From the IMG/VR virus record IMGVR_UViG_3300037067_021324: DNA of 64,000 nt. One strand, written 5' to 3'. The translations under genes and the position numbers were made by a program. Position 1 is the stretch's first letter. Every line of letters begins with the position of its first letter. This DNA comes from an uncultured virus (IMG/VR IMGVR_UViG_3300037067_021324) (Duplodnaviria > Heunggongvirae > Uroviricota > Caudoviricetes). Below the pieces are notes generated by a model, which had not been told where the DNA came from, searched no databases, and was given only the letters and a program-made list of their open reading frames with translations. Shown here piece by piece: positions 41,470-50,654 of the stretch.

Positions 41470-42930
41470 ATGATTAATAATAAAAAGAATAAGAGCCTAC
41501 AAATTGAAGCTTTTATTAATGATGACATTGATGTTTTTGAGCCTAATTATCAATCTAAATTTTTAAAAGTTTTTATTGAGGATAAAAATAATTGGGCTCA
41601 ACAAATAATTGATATTATATTTCCTGATTATTTTGATGGATATCATAAAATTTTGGTAGATTATGAAATGGAATTCTTTAAGAAATATAGAGTTCCAGCT
41701 AACTATGATGACCTTAAAGAAATGGCTAATGATAAGGAAAAAGACGAATTATTAAAAGAACACATATACGGTCTTATTGACAAAATAAAAGCATTAGAAA
41801 TAGAACACCAAAAGAAAGAGTTTATTAAACAAAGAGCATATGATTATTTTAAATCAAGTAGTGTTAAAAATACTATTATAGAAATAGCTACAGATTGGAA
41901 AAAAAATGCTTTTGGCACTATGATGCTTAAACTAAAAAACGCTTTAAATGCTGGAGAACCAAAAGACTCTGGACACAATTATGCGACTGATGTTGAAAAA
42001 AGACTTAAAGATGACCTTAGAAATGCAATTCCAATTTTACCAGGATTAGATGAATATATAGGTGGTGGAGCTGGTGTTGGAGAACTTATTTCTTTTATGG
42101 CACCAACAGGCGGCGGTAAGTCCATGATGTTAGTTCAAAATGCTGTTACAGCTATTAAAGTTAAAAAAAAGGTTGTTTATTTTACATTAGAACTCTCAGA
42201 AGAAGTTGTTGGACAAAGATTTGATGCGTGTTTTAACAATATACTTCTTGGGAAAGTAACGAAGTTTAAAGAAGTTATTATTGAAAATATTAAAGAACTT
42301 GGGATAAATTTAAGAATTAAGAGGTATTCAGACGGAGTTGCAACTGTAAATACATTTTATGCATACTTAGAATATTTAAAATGTAATGAAAATTTTATTC
42401 CAGATTTAATTGTTGTTGATTATGCAGACAACATGAAGCCTTTAGAAAAAGGAGAACAATTGCGTCATGATTTAATGCAAATTTATAGAGAATTAAGGGC
42501 TCTGGCAATAGATATGAAATGTCCAGTGCTTACAGCATCTCAAATTACTGGAGAAACTAGAAAAGAAATTGAATTAAGTATGGCAGCTGAATCAAAAGGA
42601 AAAAATAACATTTCTGATATAGTTATAGGATTTGGAAGAGATGTAAATCAATTAGACCGCAATGAAGCAAGTCTGAAAATTTTAAAAAACAGAACTGGTC
42701 CAATAGGAAAAATATTACCAATACATTTCGATTCGTCAATGGTTTTAATAGAAGTAATACAACAACAGCAACAACATTATTCAAATATAGATAAAAATGC
42801 AATTATTGGAATAGAATCAACTGCAAGAAAAAGAAAAGATTCAAATAATATTAATACTTATATGGGTAATAATAGTAATTTAAATAAGGTATTGGAGAAT
42901 CAAGGATTTACCCCAGAAGTAAAAGATTGA
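41470..42930 (+). CDS. Replicative DnaB/gp41-like helicase
   Basis: APTGGGKS, YFTLEL, IVVDYAD, LTASQ, ILKNRTG. Confidence 0.9.
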   Translation: MINNKKNKSLQIEAFINDDIDVFEPNYQSKFLKVFIEDKNNWAQQIIDIIFPDYFDGYHKILVDYEMEFFKKYRVPANYDDLKEMANDKEKDELLKEHIYGLIDKIKALEIEHQKKEFIKQRAYDYFKSSSVKNTIIEIATDWKKNAFGTMMLKLKNALNAGEPKDSGHNYATDVEKRLKDDLRNAIPILPGLDEYIGGGAGVGELISFMAPTGGGKSMMLVQNAVTAIKVKKKVVYFTLELSEEVVGQRFDACFNNILLGKVTKFKEVIIENIKELGINLRIKRYSDGVATVNTFYAYLEYLKCNENFIPDLIVVDYADNMKPLEKGEQLRHDLMQIYRELRALAIDMKCPVLTASQITGETRKEIELSMAAESKGKNNISDIVIGFGRDVNQLDRNEASLKILKNRTGPIGKILPIHFDSSMVLIEVIQQQQQHYSNIDKNAIIGIESTARKRKDSNNINTYMGNNSNLNKVLENQGFTPEVKD

Positions 42931-42994
42931 CATTGAAATATGTAAAATTTAAAAACTGTTTTATATTTATTAAAACAGAAAAATATTGTAATTT

Positions 42995-45900
42995 ATGAAA
43001 GACAAAGAAGAAAAAACACAAAAAATTTATTCAAGACAAGATGTAATTAAAGCTAGTACGGAGTATTTTAAGGGAGACACGATGGCTGCTGAAGTTTGGG
43101 GAAATAAATATGCTTTAAAAGATTCTGCTGGAAATATTTATGAGCTTACTCCAGATGATATGCATAGAAGACTTGCAAAAGAATTTTATAGAATTGAGAA
43201 AAAATATATAAATCCTATATCAGAAGAAGAAATTTTTAATTTAATTAAAGGATTTACTTATATAGTTCCGCAAGGAAGTCCTATGGCTGGGATAGGAAAT
43301 AATTTTCAATATGTATCAATTTCAAATTGTTTTGTTATTGGAACTGATGGCAATTCTGATTCATATGGTGGAATTATGAAAACAGATGAAGAGCAAGTAC
43401 AATTAATGAAAAGAAGAGGAGGAGTGGGACATGATATTTCTCATATTCGTCCTGGAGGAAGTGATGTTAAAAATAGTGCACTTACATCTACTGGAATAGT
43501 TCCTTTTATGGAAAGATATTCTAATTCTACCAGAGAAGTTGCTCAAGGAGGCAGAAGAGGAGCATTAATGTTGAGTGTATCAATTAAACATCCTGATTCA
43601 GAAAAGTTTATTGATGCTAAACTAGAAGAAGGTAAAGCAACTGGAGCTAATATATCAGTTAAATTAACAGATGACTTTATGAAAGCTGCTTTAAGTGGAG
43701 AAAGCTTTATTCAAAAATATCCAATTGATTCAAAAGAACCAACTTTTACAAAGCAAATAGATGCTCAGAATTTATGGAAAAAAATAATTCATAATGCTTG
43801 GAAGTCAGCAGAACCAGGGATTTTATTTTGGGATACTGTTATTAACGAATCTATACCTGATTGTTATAGTGATTTAGGATTTAAAACAATTAGTACTAAC
43901 CCATGTTTACCAGCAGAAGTATGGATAATGACAAGTGAGGGACCTAAGCAAATATTTGATTTAATTGGAAAAAAATATTTTGCATGGATAGATGGAAAAC
44001 AATATTCATCTTCTAATTTAGGATTTTTTAGTACTGGAATAAAATCAATATATGAAATAACAACAAAAAAAGGATTAAAATTAAGGGGAACAGAAAACCA
44101 TTTAGTTAAAAAAATTATTTTAGAGAAAAGGAACAAAAAGGTCGTAGATTGGGCAGAAATTAAAAATTTGAAAAAAGGTGATAAAATAAATATTAATAAT
44201 AATAGGGAAATAAAAACATTTGATAATTCTAAATATAATTTTGAAGAAGGGTGGCTTGTTGGAAATTTATTAGGAGATGGAACGTTTGATGAAAACATTG
44301 CAATTTTAAGATATTGGGGAGATAATAACATGCAGCTCAAGAATGTTGCAGTTAATTACTTAATTAATAATATAATACATAGGGATGATTTGGGGTCTGG
44401 GGAAGAAAAAAAAATAATAAGTATAAAATCTGCTGGATTATTTAATTTTTGTAAACAATTAAATTTTAATAAAAATAAAAAAATATCTAATTCTATTGAA
44501 AAAACTAGTTATGACTTTTATAGAGGATTTTTTAGTGGATGGTTTGATGCTGATGGAACAGTCTCTAAAAACGAGAACAAAGGAATTACAGTTAGACTTT
44601 CATCGTCTGACTTATATAACCTCGAAATAGCACAAAGAATGCTTTTGAGAATTGGGATATTTTCTTCAATAGCTAAATTAAGAAGAGGTGTACAATGGAA
44701 AAAAATGCCAGATGGTAAAGGAGGATTAAAAAAATATAAAATAAAAACTCAACATGAATTAATAATATCTAAAGACAATGTATTATATTTTAGAGATTTA
44801 ATAGGATTTAAAGATGAAAATAAGCAAAAACAGTTAAATGAAAGTATTAGCTCTGTTAATAAAAGAGGATTTTATAAAGAGAAATTTATAGATGAAATAC
44901 AAAGTATAAAGTATTATGGAGAGGATGAAGTTTATGACTGTCAAATATTAGGTGCAAATGAGTTTGATGCTAATGGGATAAATGTACACAATTGTGGTGA
45001 AATCCCCTTATGCCCTGATGATTCATGTCGGCTAGTAGCAATAAACTTATATTCTTATGTAGAAAATCCATTTACTCCAAATGCTAAATTTAATAGACTT
45101 TTGTTTAAAGAACATGTTTCTAAAGCACAAAGATTTATGGATGATATAATTGATTTGGAATTAGAAAAAATAGATTCAATATTAAATAAAATAGAAAATG
45201 ACCCAGAGTCAGATTATATAAAAAGAACAGAAAGAGAGCTTTGGTTGAGAATTAGAAAAAAAGCAGAATTAGGAAGGCGTTCAGGATTAGGTATAACAGC
45301 AGAAGGAGATATGCTTGCTGCATTAGGATTTATTTATGGAACAGATGAAGCTAATAATTTTGCAGAAGAAGTTCAAAAAACATTAAAATTAGAAGCATAT
45401 AGAAGCTCTGTTAATTTAGCGAAAGAAAGAGGTGCCTTTAAAATATGGGATGCAGAAAGAGAAGTAAATAATCCTTTTATAAATAGAATTAAAGAGGAAG
45501 ATGCAGAATTATATAAAGAAATGATGACTTATGGTCGTAGAAATATTGCTTTACTTACAATAGCCCCAACAGGCTCAGTATCGATAATGACTCAAACAAC
45601 TTCTGGAATTGAGCCTGTTTTTCTCACAAATTATATGAGAAGAAGAAAAATTAACCCACAAGAAAAAGACGCAAGAGTTGATTTTACTGATAAACAAGGT
45701 GATACGTGGCAAGAATATCCAGTATTTCATCATAAATTTATAACTTGGTTGGAGGCAAATAATTATAATATCGAAGAAGTTAAAAAAATGTCCTCTGTAG
45801 AAATAACAAAGATTATAGAAAAATCTCCTTATCATAAAGCGACATCCGCTGATGTTGATTGGGTAAAAAAAGTTGAAATGCAGGGAAAAATACAGAAGCA

Positions 45901-46660
45901 TGTTGACCATTCTATTTCCGTTACTGTTAATTTACCAAATGATGTTACTGAAGAACTTGTTGCTAAAGTATATGAAGCTGGATGGAGAGCAGGATGTAAG
46001 GGATTAACTGTATATAGAGATGGATGTAGAAGTGGAGTGCTGGTTTCTAAAGAAGAAAAAGTAAAAAAAACTTTTGAAAATACTGCCAGAAAAAGGCCAA
46101 AAATTGTTAATGCAGATGTCTTTACATTTAATAATAATTATGAAAAATGGGTAGCTATAGTTGGTAAACTGGCGCCAGAAGGAGTTGAACAAATTGAAGA
46201 AAATGAATTGCCATATGAAATATTTACTGGGAAATTAGAATCTTTTCAAATTCCATCATATGTTGAAAAAGGATTTATTATCAAAAGAAGAGAAAAAAAT
46301 AAAGATGGTAAAGATGTTTCTGTATATGACTTCAAATATCTTGATAGGGATAATCATGGAGTAACTATGGAAGCACTTTCTAGGTCTTTTAATGAAGAAT
46401 ATTGGAATTATGCAAAATTGATTTCGGCAATTTTGAGACATGGCATGCCAATGCCCTATATTGTAAATCTTGTTAAAGGACTAAAGCTTAAAGGAGATAG
46501 TTTAAATACTTGGCAAAATGGTGTTGAGAGAACATTTAAGAAATATATTAAAGATGGTACTGTGAGTGCAGATGTATGTGAAGTATGTGGAGCAAAACTT
46601 GTATATGTTGAAGGTTGTTTAAAATGTAATAGTTGCGGGCAATATTCAAAATGTGGTTAA
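42995..46660 (+). CDS. nrdJ: Class II (B12-dependent) ribonucleotide reductase with intein
   Basis: SNCFV, RRGGVG, GGRRGALM, TNP|CGEIPL, TIAPTGS, TVYRDG, C-terminal Zn ribbon EGCLKC..CG.SKCG. Confidence 0.93.
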   Translation: MKDKEEKTQKIYSRQDVIKASTEYFKGDTMAAEVWGNKYALKDSAGNIYELTPDDMHRRLAKEFYRIEKKYINPISEEEIFNLIKGFTYIVPQGSPMAGIGNNFQYVSISNCFVIGTDGNSDSYGGIMKTDEEQVQLMKRRGGVGHDISHIRPGGSDVKNSALTSTGIVPFMERYSNSTREVAQGGRRGALMLSVSIKHPDSEKFIDAKLEEGKATGANISVKLTDDFMKAALSGESFIQKYPIDSKEPTFTKQIDAQNLWKKIIHNAWKSAEPGILFWDTVINESIPDCYSDLGFKTISTNPCLPAEVWIMTSEGPKQIFDLIGKKYFAWIDGKQYSSSNLGFFSTGIKSIYEITTKKGLKLRGTENHLVKKIILEKRNKKVVDWAEIKNLKKGDKININNNREIKTFDNSKYNFEEGWLVGNLLGDGTFDENIAILRYWGDNNMQLKNVAVNYLINNIIHRDDLGSGEEKKIISIKSAGLFNFCKQLNFNKNKKISNSIEKTSYDFYRGFFSGWFDADGTVSKNENKGITVRLSSSDLYNLEIAQRMLLRIGIFSSIAKLRRGVQWKKMPDGKGGLKKYKIKTQHELIISKDNVLYFRDLIGFKDENKQKQLNESISSVNKRGFYKEKFIDEIQSIKYYGEDEVYDCQILGANEFDANGINVHNCGEIPLCPDDSCRLVAINLYSYVENPFTPNAKFNRLLFKEHVSKAQRFMDDIIDLELEKIDSILNKIENDPESDYIKRTERELWLRIRKKAELGRRSGLGITAEGDMLAALGFIYGTDEANNFAEEVQKTLKLEAYRSSVNLAKERGAFKIWDAEREVNNPFINRIKEEDAELYKEMMTYGRRNIALLTIAPTGSVSIMTQTTSGIEPVFLTNYMRRRKINPQEKDARVDFTDKQGDTWQEYPVFHHKFITWLEANNYNIEEVKKMSSVEITKIIEKSPYHKATSADVDWVKKVEMQGKIQKHVDHSISVTVNLPNDVTEELVAKVYEAGWRAGCKGLTVYRDGCRSGVLVSKEEKVKKTFENTARKRPKIVNADVFTFNNNYEKWVAIVGKLAPEGVEQIEENELPYEIFTGKLESFQIPSYVEKGFIIKRREKNKDGKDVSVYDFKYLDRDNHGVTMEALSRSFNEEYWNYAKLISAILRHGMPMPYIVNLVKGLKLKGDSLNTWQNGVERTFKKYIKDGTVSADVCEVCGAKLVYVEGCLKCNSCGQYSKCG
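43904..44992 (+). mobile_element. Intein (363 aa) with LAGLIDADG endonuclease in NrdJ
   Basis: Starts CLPAEVW; TENH; GNLLGDG and FSGWFDADG; ends FDANGINVHN followed by +1 Cys. Confidence 0.93.
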
Positions 46661-46713
46661 AAAGTTGATTTATTTAATTTAATTTATTATATTTTATAAA
46701 AATACTTTAAAAT

Positions 46714-47028
46714 ATGAAAAAAAACAAACAAACAAAAACTGAAAGAAAGATTACTATTCATAGAAACAGTAAAAGAAGCGAAAGGCTAAGAAAAAGCCAA
46801 AGCGAAAAAAATAAAAAGAAAATGTTGGCAATAGATGAAAAAAAGAAAAATGAAAAAAAACAAAATGAAGAAATTGAAAAAATATTAAAATCTCAAAACA
46901 AAAATCCTGATAATTTCTCTGTTTCACGTATAGGTAGTGGATTTGTGACTTTTTCTCAAAATCTTGCTTTGATTTTTAAAAAAAAGAACTTAAAAGCGTT
47001 AAAAGAAAAAGAGCTACAAAATAGATAA
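46714..47028 (+). CDS. Lysine-rich hypothetical protein
   Basis: Basic ORF followed by a terminator. Confidence 0.5.
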   Translation: MKKNKQTKTERKITIHRNSKRSERLRKSQSEKNKKKMLAIDEKKKNEKKQNEEIEKILKSQNKNPDNFSVSRIGSGFVTFSQNLALIFKKKNLKALKEKELQNR

Positions 47029-47030
47029 AT

Positions 47031-47058
47031 AAAAGCCTGTCGTTTGATGGGCTTTTTT
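47031..47058 (+). terminator. Intrinsic terminator
   Basis: AAAAGCCTGTC-GTTT-GATGGGCTTTTTT. Confidence 0.75.
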
Positions 47059-47094
47059 ATAAAATTTAACTATTTATAAAAAATAGTTTTTAGT

Positions 47095-47433
47095 ATGGGA
47101 ACAAATAAAATAAAAAAAGAGATTATTAAAAATTTGCAAGAAAGTCTAATAAAGATTACTGAAGCATTACCTGTAGTAACACCAACAAATTCAAAGCCAG
47201 AAGAAACTGTGGTGACTTTTGATAAAAGTACAAATCCATATGAAGTTATTTTTTCTGAAAGAGGATTTGAGATAAAAGGAACAAGGTTTAGTTTTGAATT
47301 TATAGAAAATGCTTTATCTAAAGATGTAAATATTGTTTTAGATAAAGGCAAAGGATTAATACTAGACTCTATTAAAATGAATAAGATATTGAAGTATAAA
47401 GATTTATATTCAAAAAAACAAAATGTTAATTAA
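47095..47433 (+). CDS. Hypothetical protein
   Basis: ORF with TATTTATA 16 nt upstream and IIKNLQE leader. Confidence 0.6.
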   Translation: MGTNKIKKEIIKNLQESLIKITEALPVVTPTNSKPEETVVTFDKSTNPYEVIFSERGFEIKGTRFSFEFIENALSKDVNIVLDKGKGLILDSIKMNKILKYKDLYSKKQNVN

Positions 47434-47448
47434 ATTTTGTGTGTAAAT

Positions 47449-47519
47449 TGACATTCTGTCATATAAATTACAAAAAGACTGCCAAAAAGGCAGTTTTTTT
47501 TGTTTGGTATAAAATTCGA
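47449..47519 (+). promoter_or_regulatory. Putative sigma54-type promoter with two upstream palindromes
   Basis: TGACA-TTC-TGTCA (47449), TGCCA-AAA-AGGCA (47480), then TGGTATA-AAAT-TCGA (GG-N10-GA). Confidence 0.5.
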
Positions 47520-47555
47520 TAGAATATGTTTATTAACTTTAAAATTTAAATAATT

Positions 47556-47978
47556 ATGAATGCATTAATGAAAAAAAATGATTTTTGGGGAATTTTTTTC
47601 CCGGATTTTTTTGAAACATTTTCAATGGAGCTGGATAAGTTAAATTATGATTATCCAAAAGTAAACACTTTTGAAGATGACAACAATTTTAGAGTGGACG
47701 TTTTTTATCCAGGAATGAAAAAAGAAAATTTCAAAATAAAAGTGGAGAATAAATCTCTTAGGATTAGTTCTGATTTTTCTGAAAGCAAAGAAGAAGGTAG
47801 TGAAAAATATCATTTTAAAGAATTTTCAAAAGGTAAATTTGAGAAAAGATTTACTTTACCAGATGAAATAATTAAAGATAAAATAAAAGCTTCTTATGAA
47901 GATGGAGTTTTAAAAATTTTTATTCCAAAAGATAAGACAAAAGAAAAACAGTCAAATTTTGAAGTAAGTATTGAATAA
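47556..47978 (+). CDS. Hsp20 small heat-shock protein
   Basis: PKVN..E, PGMKKE, F.KRFTLP, IKASYEDGVLKI.IPK. Confidence 0.92.
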   Translation: MNALMKKNDFWGIFFPDFFETFSMELDKLNYDYPKVNTFEDDNNFRVDVFYPGMKKENFKIKVENKSLRISSDFSESKEEGSEKYHFKEFSKGKFEKRFTLPDEIIKDKIKASYEDGVLKIFIPKDKTKEKQSNFEVSIE

Positions 47979-47993
47979 TTTTTGTTTTTTACA

Positions 47994-48022
47994 GAATCTC
48001 TCAACTTTTTGTTGGGAGATTC
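47994..48022. terminator. Hairpin downstream of hsp20
   Basis: GAATCTCTCAAC-TTTTT-GTTGGGAGATTC. Confidence 0.55.
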
Positions 48023-48056
48023 GTATAATTTATTATATTTATAATAAAAGTAAAAA

Positions 48057-48791
48057 ATGAAAGATAAAACTTTATATGTCTTTGACATGGATGATACTCT
48101 TATTGAGACTGTTAAATTATCTGATATAGTAAATGTCGAAAACTATAAAATTAAAACAGAAGATGAAAATATAAAAGAATATATAAAAAAAATAAAAGGT
48201 ATTTTTTATTCCTTATTTTCCAAAGAATTATGTTTTGAAAAAAAAGATGATTCCATTATAATATTAGATTGCGGTACAAAAAAAGCTATCGGAGTTGAAT
48301 ATTTAGATTTAATTCAAGATATAACTTCAGAACAATTACAACAAGTCTCTCTTAAAGATTCTACAAAAAAATATCTATTAAGAGTAATTGAAGAAAAGAA
48401 TGGGTTTTTGGTTTTAAAGCCATTTCCAGGATTTTATGATACAAAAGAAACTCTTGGAAATAAAATAAATCAAAAGATTGTTTCTATTTACGAATCAGTG
48501 GAAAATAAAATGATTTTAACTGGAAGAAATGAGAGAATGAGACAAGATGTTGAAGAAAAACTTAAAGTTCTTAAGATTAGTAAGCCAAATTTTGGGCTAT
48601 ATCTATTCCCTGGAGGATGCAATACAATTGTCAATTATAAAATAAAGACTATAGAAGACAGTATTCTTGATAATGGATGGAAAGAAATCCATTTTTTTGA
48701 AGACAAAGAAGAATGGCTAGAAAAAGCATTTATTGAAATCACTGATAAGTTTTCTGAAATAAAATTTCATAAACATCTTGTTATAATATAA
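48057..48791 (+). CDS. HAD-superfamily phosphatase (Swiss-army-knife RNA-repair-like)
   Basis: YVFDMDDTL, ILTGR, K, FFED. Confidence 0.7.
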   Translation: MKDKTLYVFDMDDTLIETVKLSDIVNVENYKIKTEDENIKEYIKKIKGIFYSLFSKELCFEKKDDSIIILDCGTKKAIGVEYLDLIQDITSEQLQQVSLKDSTKKYLLRVIEEKNGFLVLKPFPGFYDTKETLGNKINQKIVSIYESVENKMILTGRNERMRQDVEEKLKVLKISKPNFGLYLFPGGCNTIVNYKIKTIEDSILDNGWKEIHFFEDKEEWLEKAFIEITDKFSEIKFHKHLVII

Positions 48792-48814
48792 GTTTTAAAT
48801 TAAACCTTATAAAA

Positions 48815-48846
48815 CTTGTTTTTTTTGTATTTATTTTGTATTTTTG
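48815..48846 (+). promoter_or_regulatory. Bacteroidota sigma-A type promoter CTTG-N20-TATTTTTG
   Basis: Near-consensus, upstream of the 48879/sigma operon. Confidence 0.6.
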
Positions 48847-48878
48847 CAAATAGACAATAAAATACAAAGACAAAATTT

Positions 48879-49352
48879 ATGGGAGAAACAACAGAAGACA
48901 CTGGGGTTTATAAAATGACTTCAGAACAAAAGGCAAAATTGAAAAATTTTGGCAAAAAAAATGGGCTATCTGAACAAAAGGTACAAACTCAATTGAGTCC
49001 AAAACCCCCTGTTACAGTACATCCGCAAATTAAAACAAGAACACAACCGCAAATTGAGACGCAAACTACACAGCAGCCTCTTCCTCAAACACAACAAAGG
49101 CAGGTACATCAATTAAATAAAGAATGTCAAACTTATTTTAGTTTTGGAGATGAAGAATCTGGTTGTTTAGATATTGATTTAATTACTTTTAGAGAGAAAG
49201 GTGTTGAAACTAGATATCTATCTTTAATGTTTTCAGGACTTGATGTGAGACAAAATCCCCCAGTTTTACAAGAAGCTTTCCTAAATATTGGGTCAAAAGA
49301 GGACTTTGAGAGAATCAAAGCTTTTTTTACTCAATTAGAGTGGGAAGATTAA
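48879..49352 (+). CDS. Hypothetical protein with Q/P/T-rich linker
   Basis: ORF directly upstream of the sigma gene. Confidence 0.6.
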   Translation: MGETTEDTGVYKMTSEQKAKLKNFGKKNGLSEQKVQTQLSPKPPVTVHPQIKTRTQPQIETQTTQQPLPQTQQRQVHQLNKECQTYFSFGDEESGCLDIDLITFREKGVETRYLSLMFSGLDVRQNPPVLQEAFLNIGSKEDFERIKAFFTQLEWED

Positions 49353-49359
49353 TATAAAT

Positions 49360-50199
49360 ATGGATATTAGTTTATCTCTTAAGGCTTATTTTAAAGACCT
49401 TAAGACTGTAGAGCTGCTAAACGGGGAAGAGCAGACAGAATTAGCAATCAAAGCAAAATCGGGGGACAAAAATGCTTTAGATAAGTTAGTTCGAAGTAAT
49501 TTAAGATTTGTAGTAAAAGTTGCTAAAGAATATCAGTATAGCAATGTGCCTTTAGAGGATTTAATAAGCGAAGGGAATATTGGTCTTATAAAAGCGGTTG
49601 ATAAATTTGACGAAACTCGTAAAATAAGATTTATTTCTTATGCTGTGTGGTGGATAAGACAATCAATTATTCAATCAATATATGAGAATGAAAGTATTGT
49701 TCGTTTGCCAGTAAATCGCATCAACATCAATAATAAAATTAGTAAGACAAAAGATATTCTGTTTAAAGAATTAAATAGGGACCCAACTCCAAAAGAAATT
49801 AGCGATTTTTGTAATGTTTGTGAGATTGATATCACAAATTCTTTAAGTGATTGTAATTATTCTGTGGAATTAGAAAATCCGTGTTCTGAAGACTCTAAAT
49901 CTACATTTTCTGATTGTTTGGAAGGAGAAGAATATGAAAATATTCAAAAAGACTTTAATAGACAAGCTGCGTCTCATGAAATAAACACAGCTTTGTCTGG
50001 ATTAAACAAAAGAGAAAGTAAAATCTTAAAAATGTATTTTGGGCTTGAAACTGGACAAGAGATGAATTTAAGGGAGATTGGAGAAAAATTAGATTTAACA
50101 AATGAAAGAGTTAGACAAATAAAAGATTTTGCTCTTAAAAAATTAAGAACATATGGGAAAAGTTATAAATTGAGAGAATTTTTAAACTGTAAATTGTAA
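49360..50199 (+). CDS. RpoD/SigA-family sigma factor, Bacteroidota type (no region 1.1)
   Basis: LVRSNLRFVVKVAKEY, DLISEGNIGLIKAVDKFD, FISYAVWWIRQSI, RLP, LREIGE.L.LT.ERVRQIK. Confidence 0.95.
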   Translation: MDISLSLKAYFKDLKTVELLNGEEQTELAIKAKSGDKNALDKLVRSNLRFVVKVAKEYQYSNVPLEDLISEGNIGLIKAVDKFDETRKIRFISYAVWWIRQSIIQSIYENESIVRLPVNRININNKISKTKDILFKELNRDPTPKEISDFCNVCEIDITNSLSDCNYSVELENPCSEDSKSTFSDCLEGEEYENIQKDFNRQAASHEINTALSGLNKRESKILKMYFGLETGQEMNLREIGEKLDLTNERVRQIKDFALKKLRTYGKSYKLREFLNCKL

Positions 50200-50203
50200 T
50201 ATT

Positions 50204-50467
50204 ATGGAAAAATTAGAATTATTAAAAAAGCAAATGCTGGATGCAAAAAAAACGTATGAAGCGTTTAAACAAAACAATTCAAGAGAATTGACAGAAGAAG
50301 AAAAGAAAAATGAACCAAAATATCGAACATTTGGAATAGGTGCCGAACAATCTGAAACAAGGATGTTTGAGCTCACAAAGGAAAAATTATATGAAATGAA
50401 ACAACTTGAACAAAATATGAGAGATACACATTCTGCTTATGTGAAAGAATATATGAACTCAAAATAA
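50204..50467 (+). CDS. Hypothetical helical protein
   Basis: ORF packed after the sigma gene. Confidence 0.55.
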   Translation: MEKLELLKKQMLDAKKTYEAFKQNNSRELTEEEKKNEPKYRTFGIGAEQSETRMFELTKEKLYEMKQLEQNMRDTHSAYVKEYMNSK

Positions 50468-50501
50468 TTTTTTAAGAAAAAATTTAATAAATATATAATA
50501 G

Positions 50502-50525
50502 AAGGTCACGGAAAAGTGACCTTTT
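50502..50525 (+). terminator. Intrinsic terminator
   Basis: AAGGTCAC-GGAAAA-GTGACCTTTT. Confidence 0.7.
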
Positions 50526-50654
50526 ATTTTTATATATGGCAATTTTTTTATACATTTGCTGTGTCAAAATAATTTTAAATTAAATAGAATTTTATAAAGT
50601 ATTTAGAAATAAAAAATATAGAAAATATAATAAAAAAATTTTTGAAAACAAATT

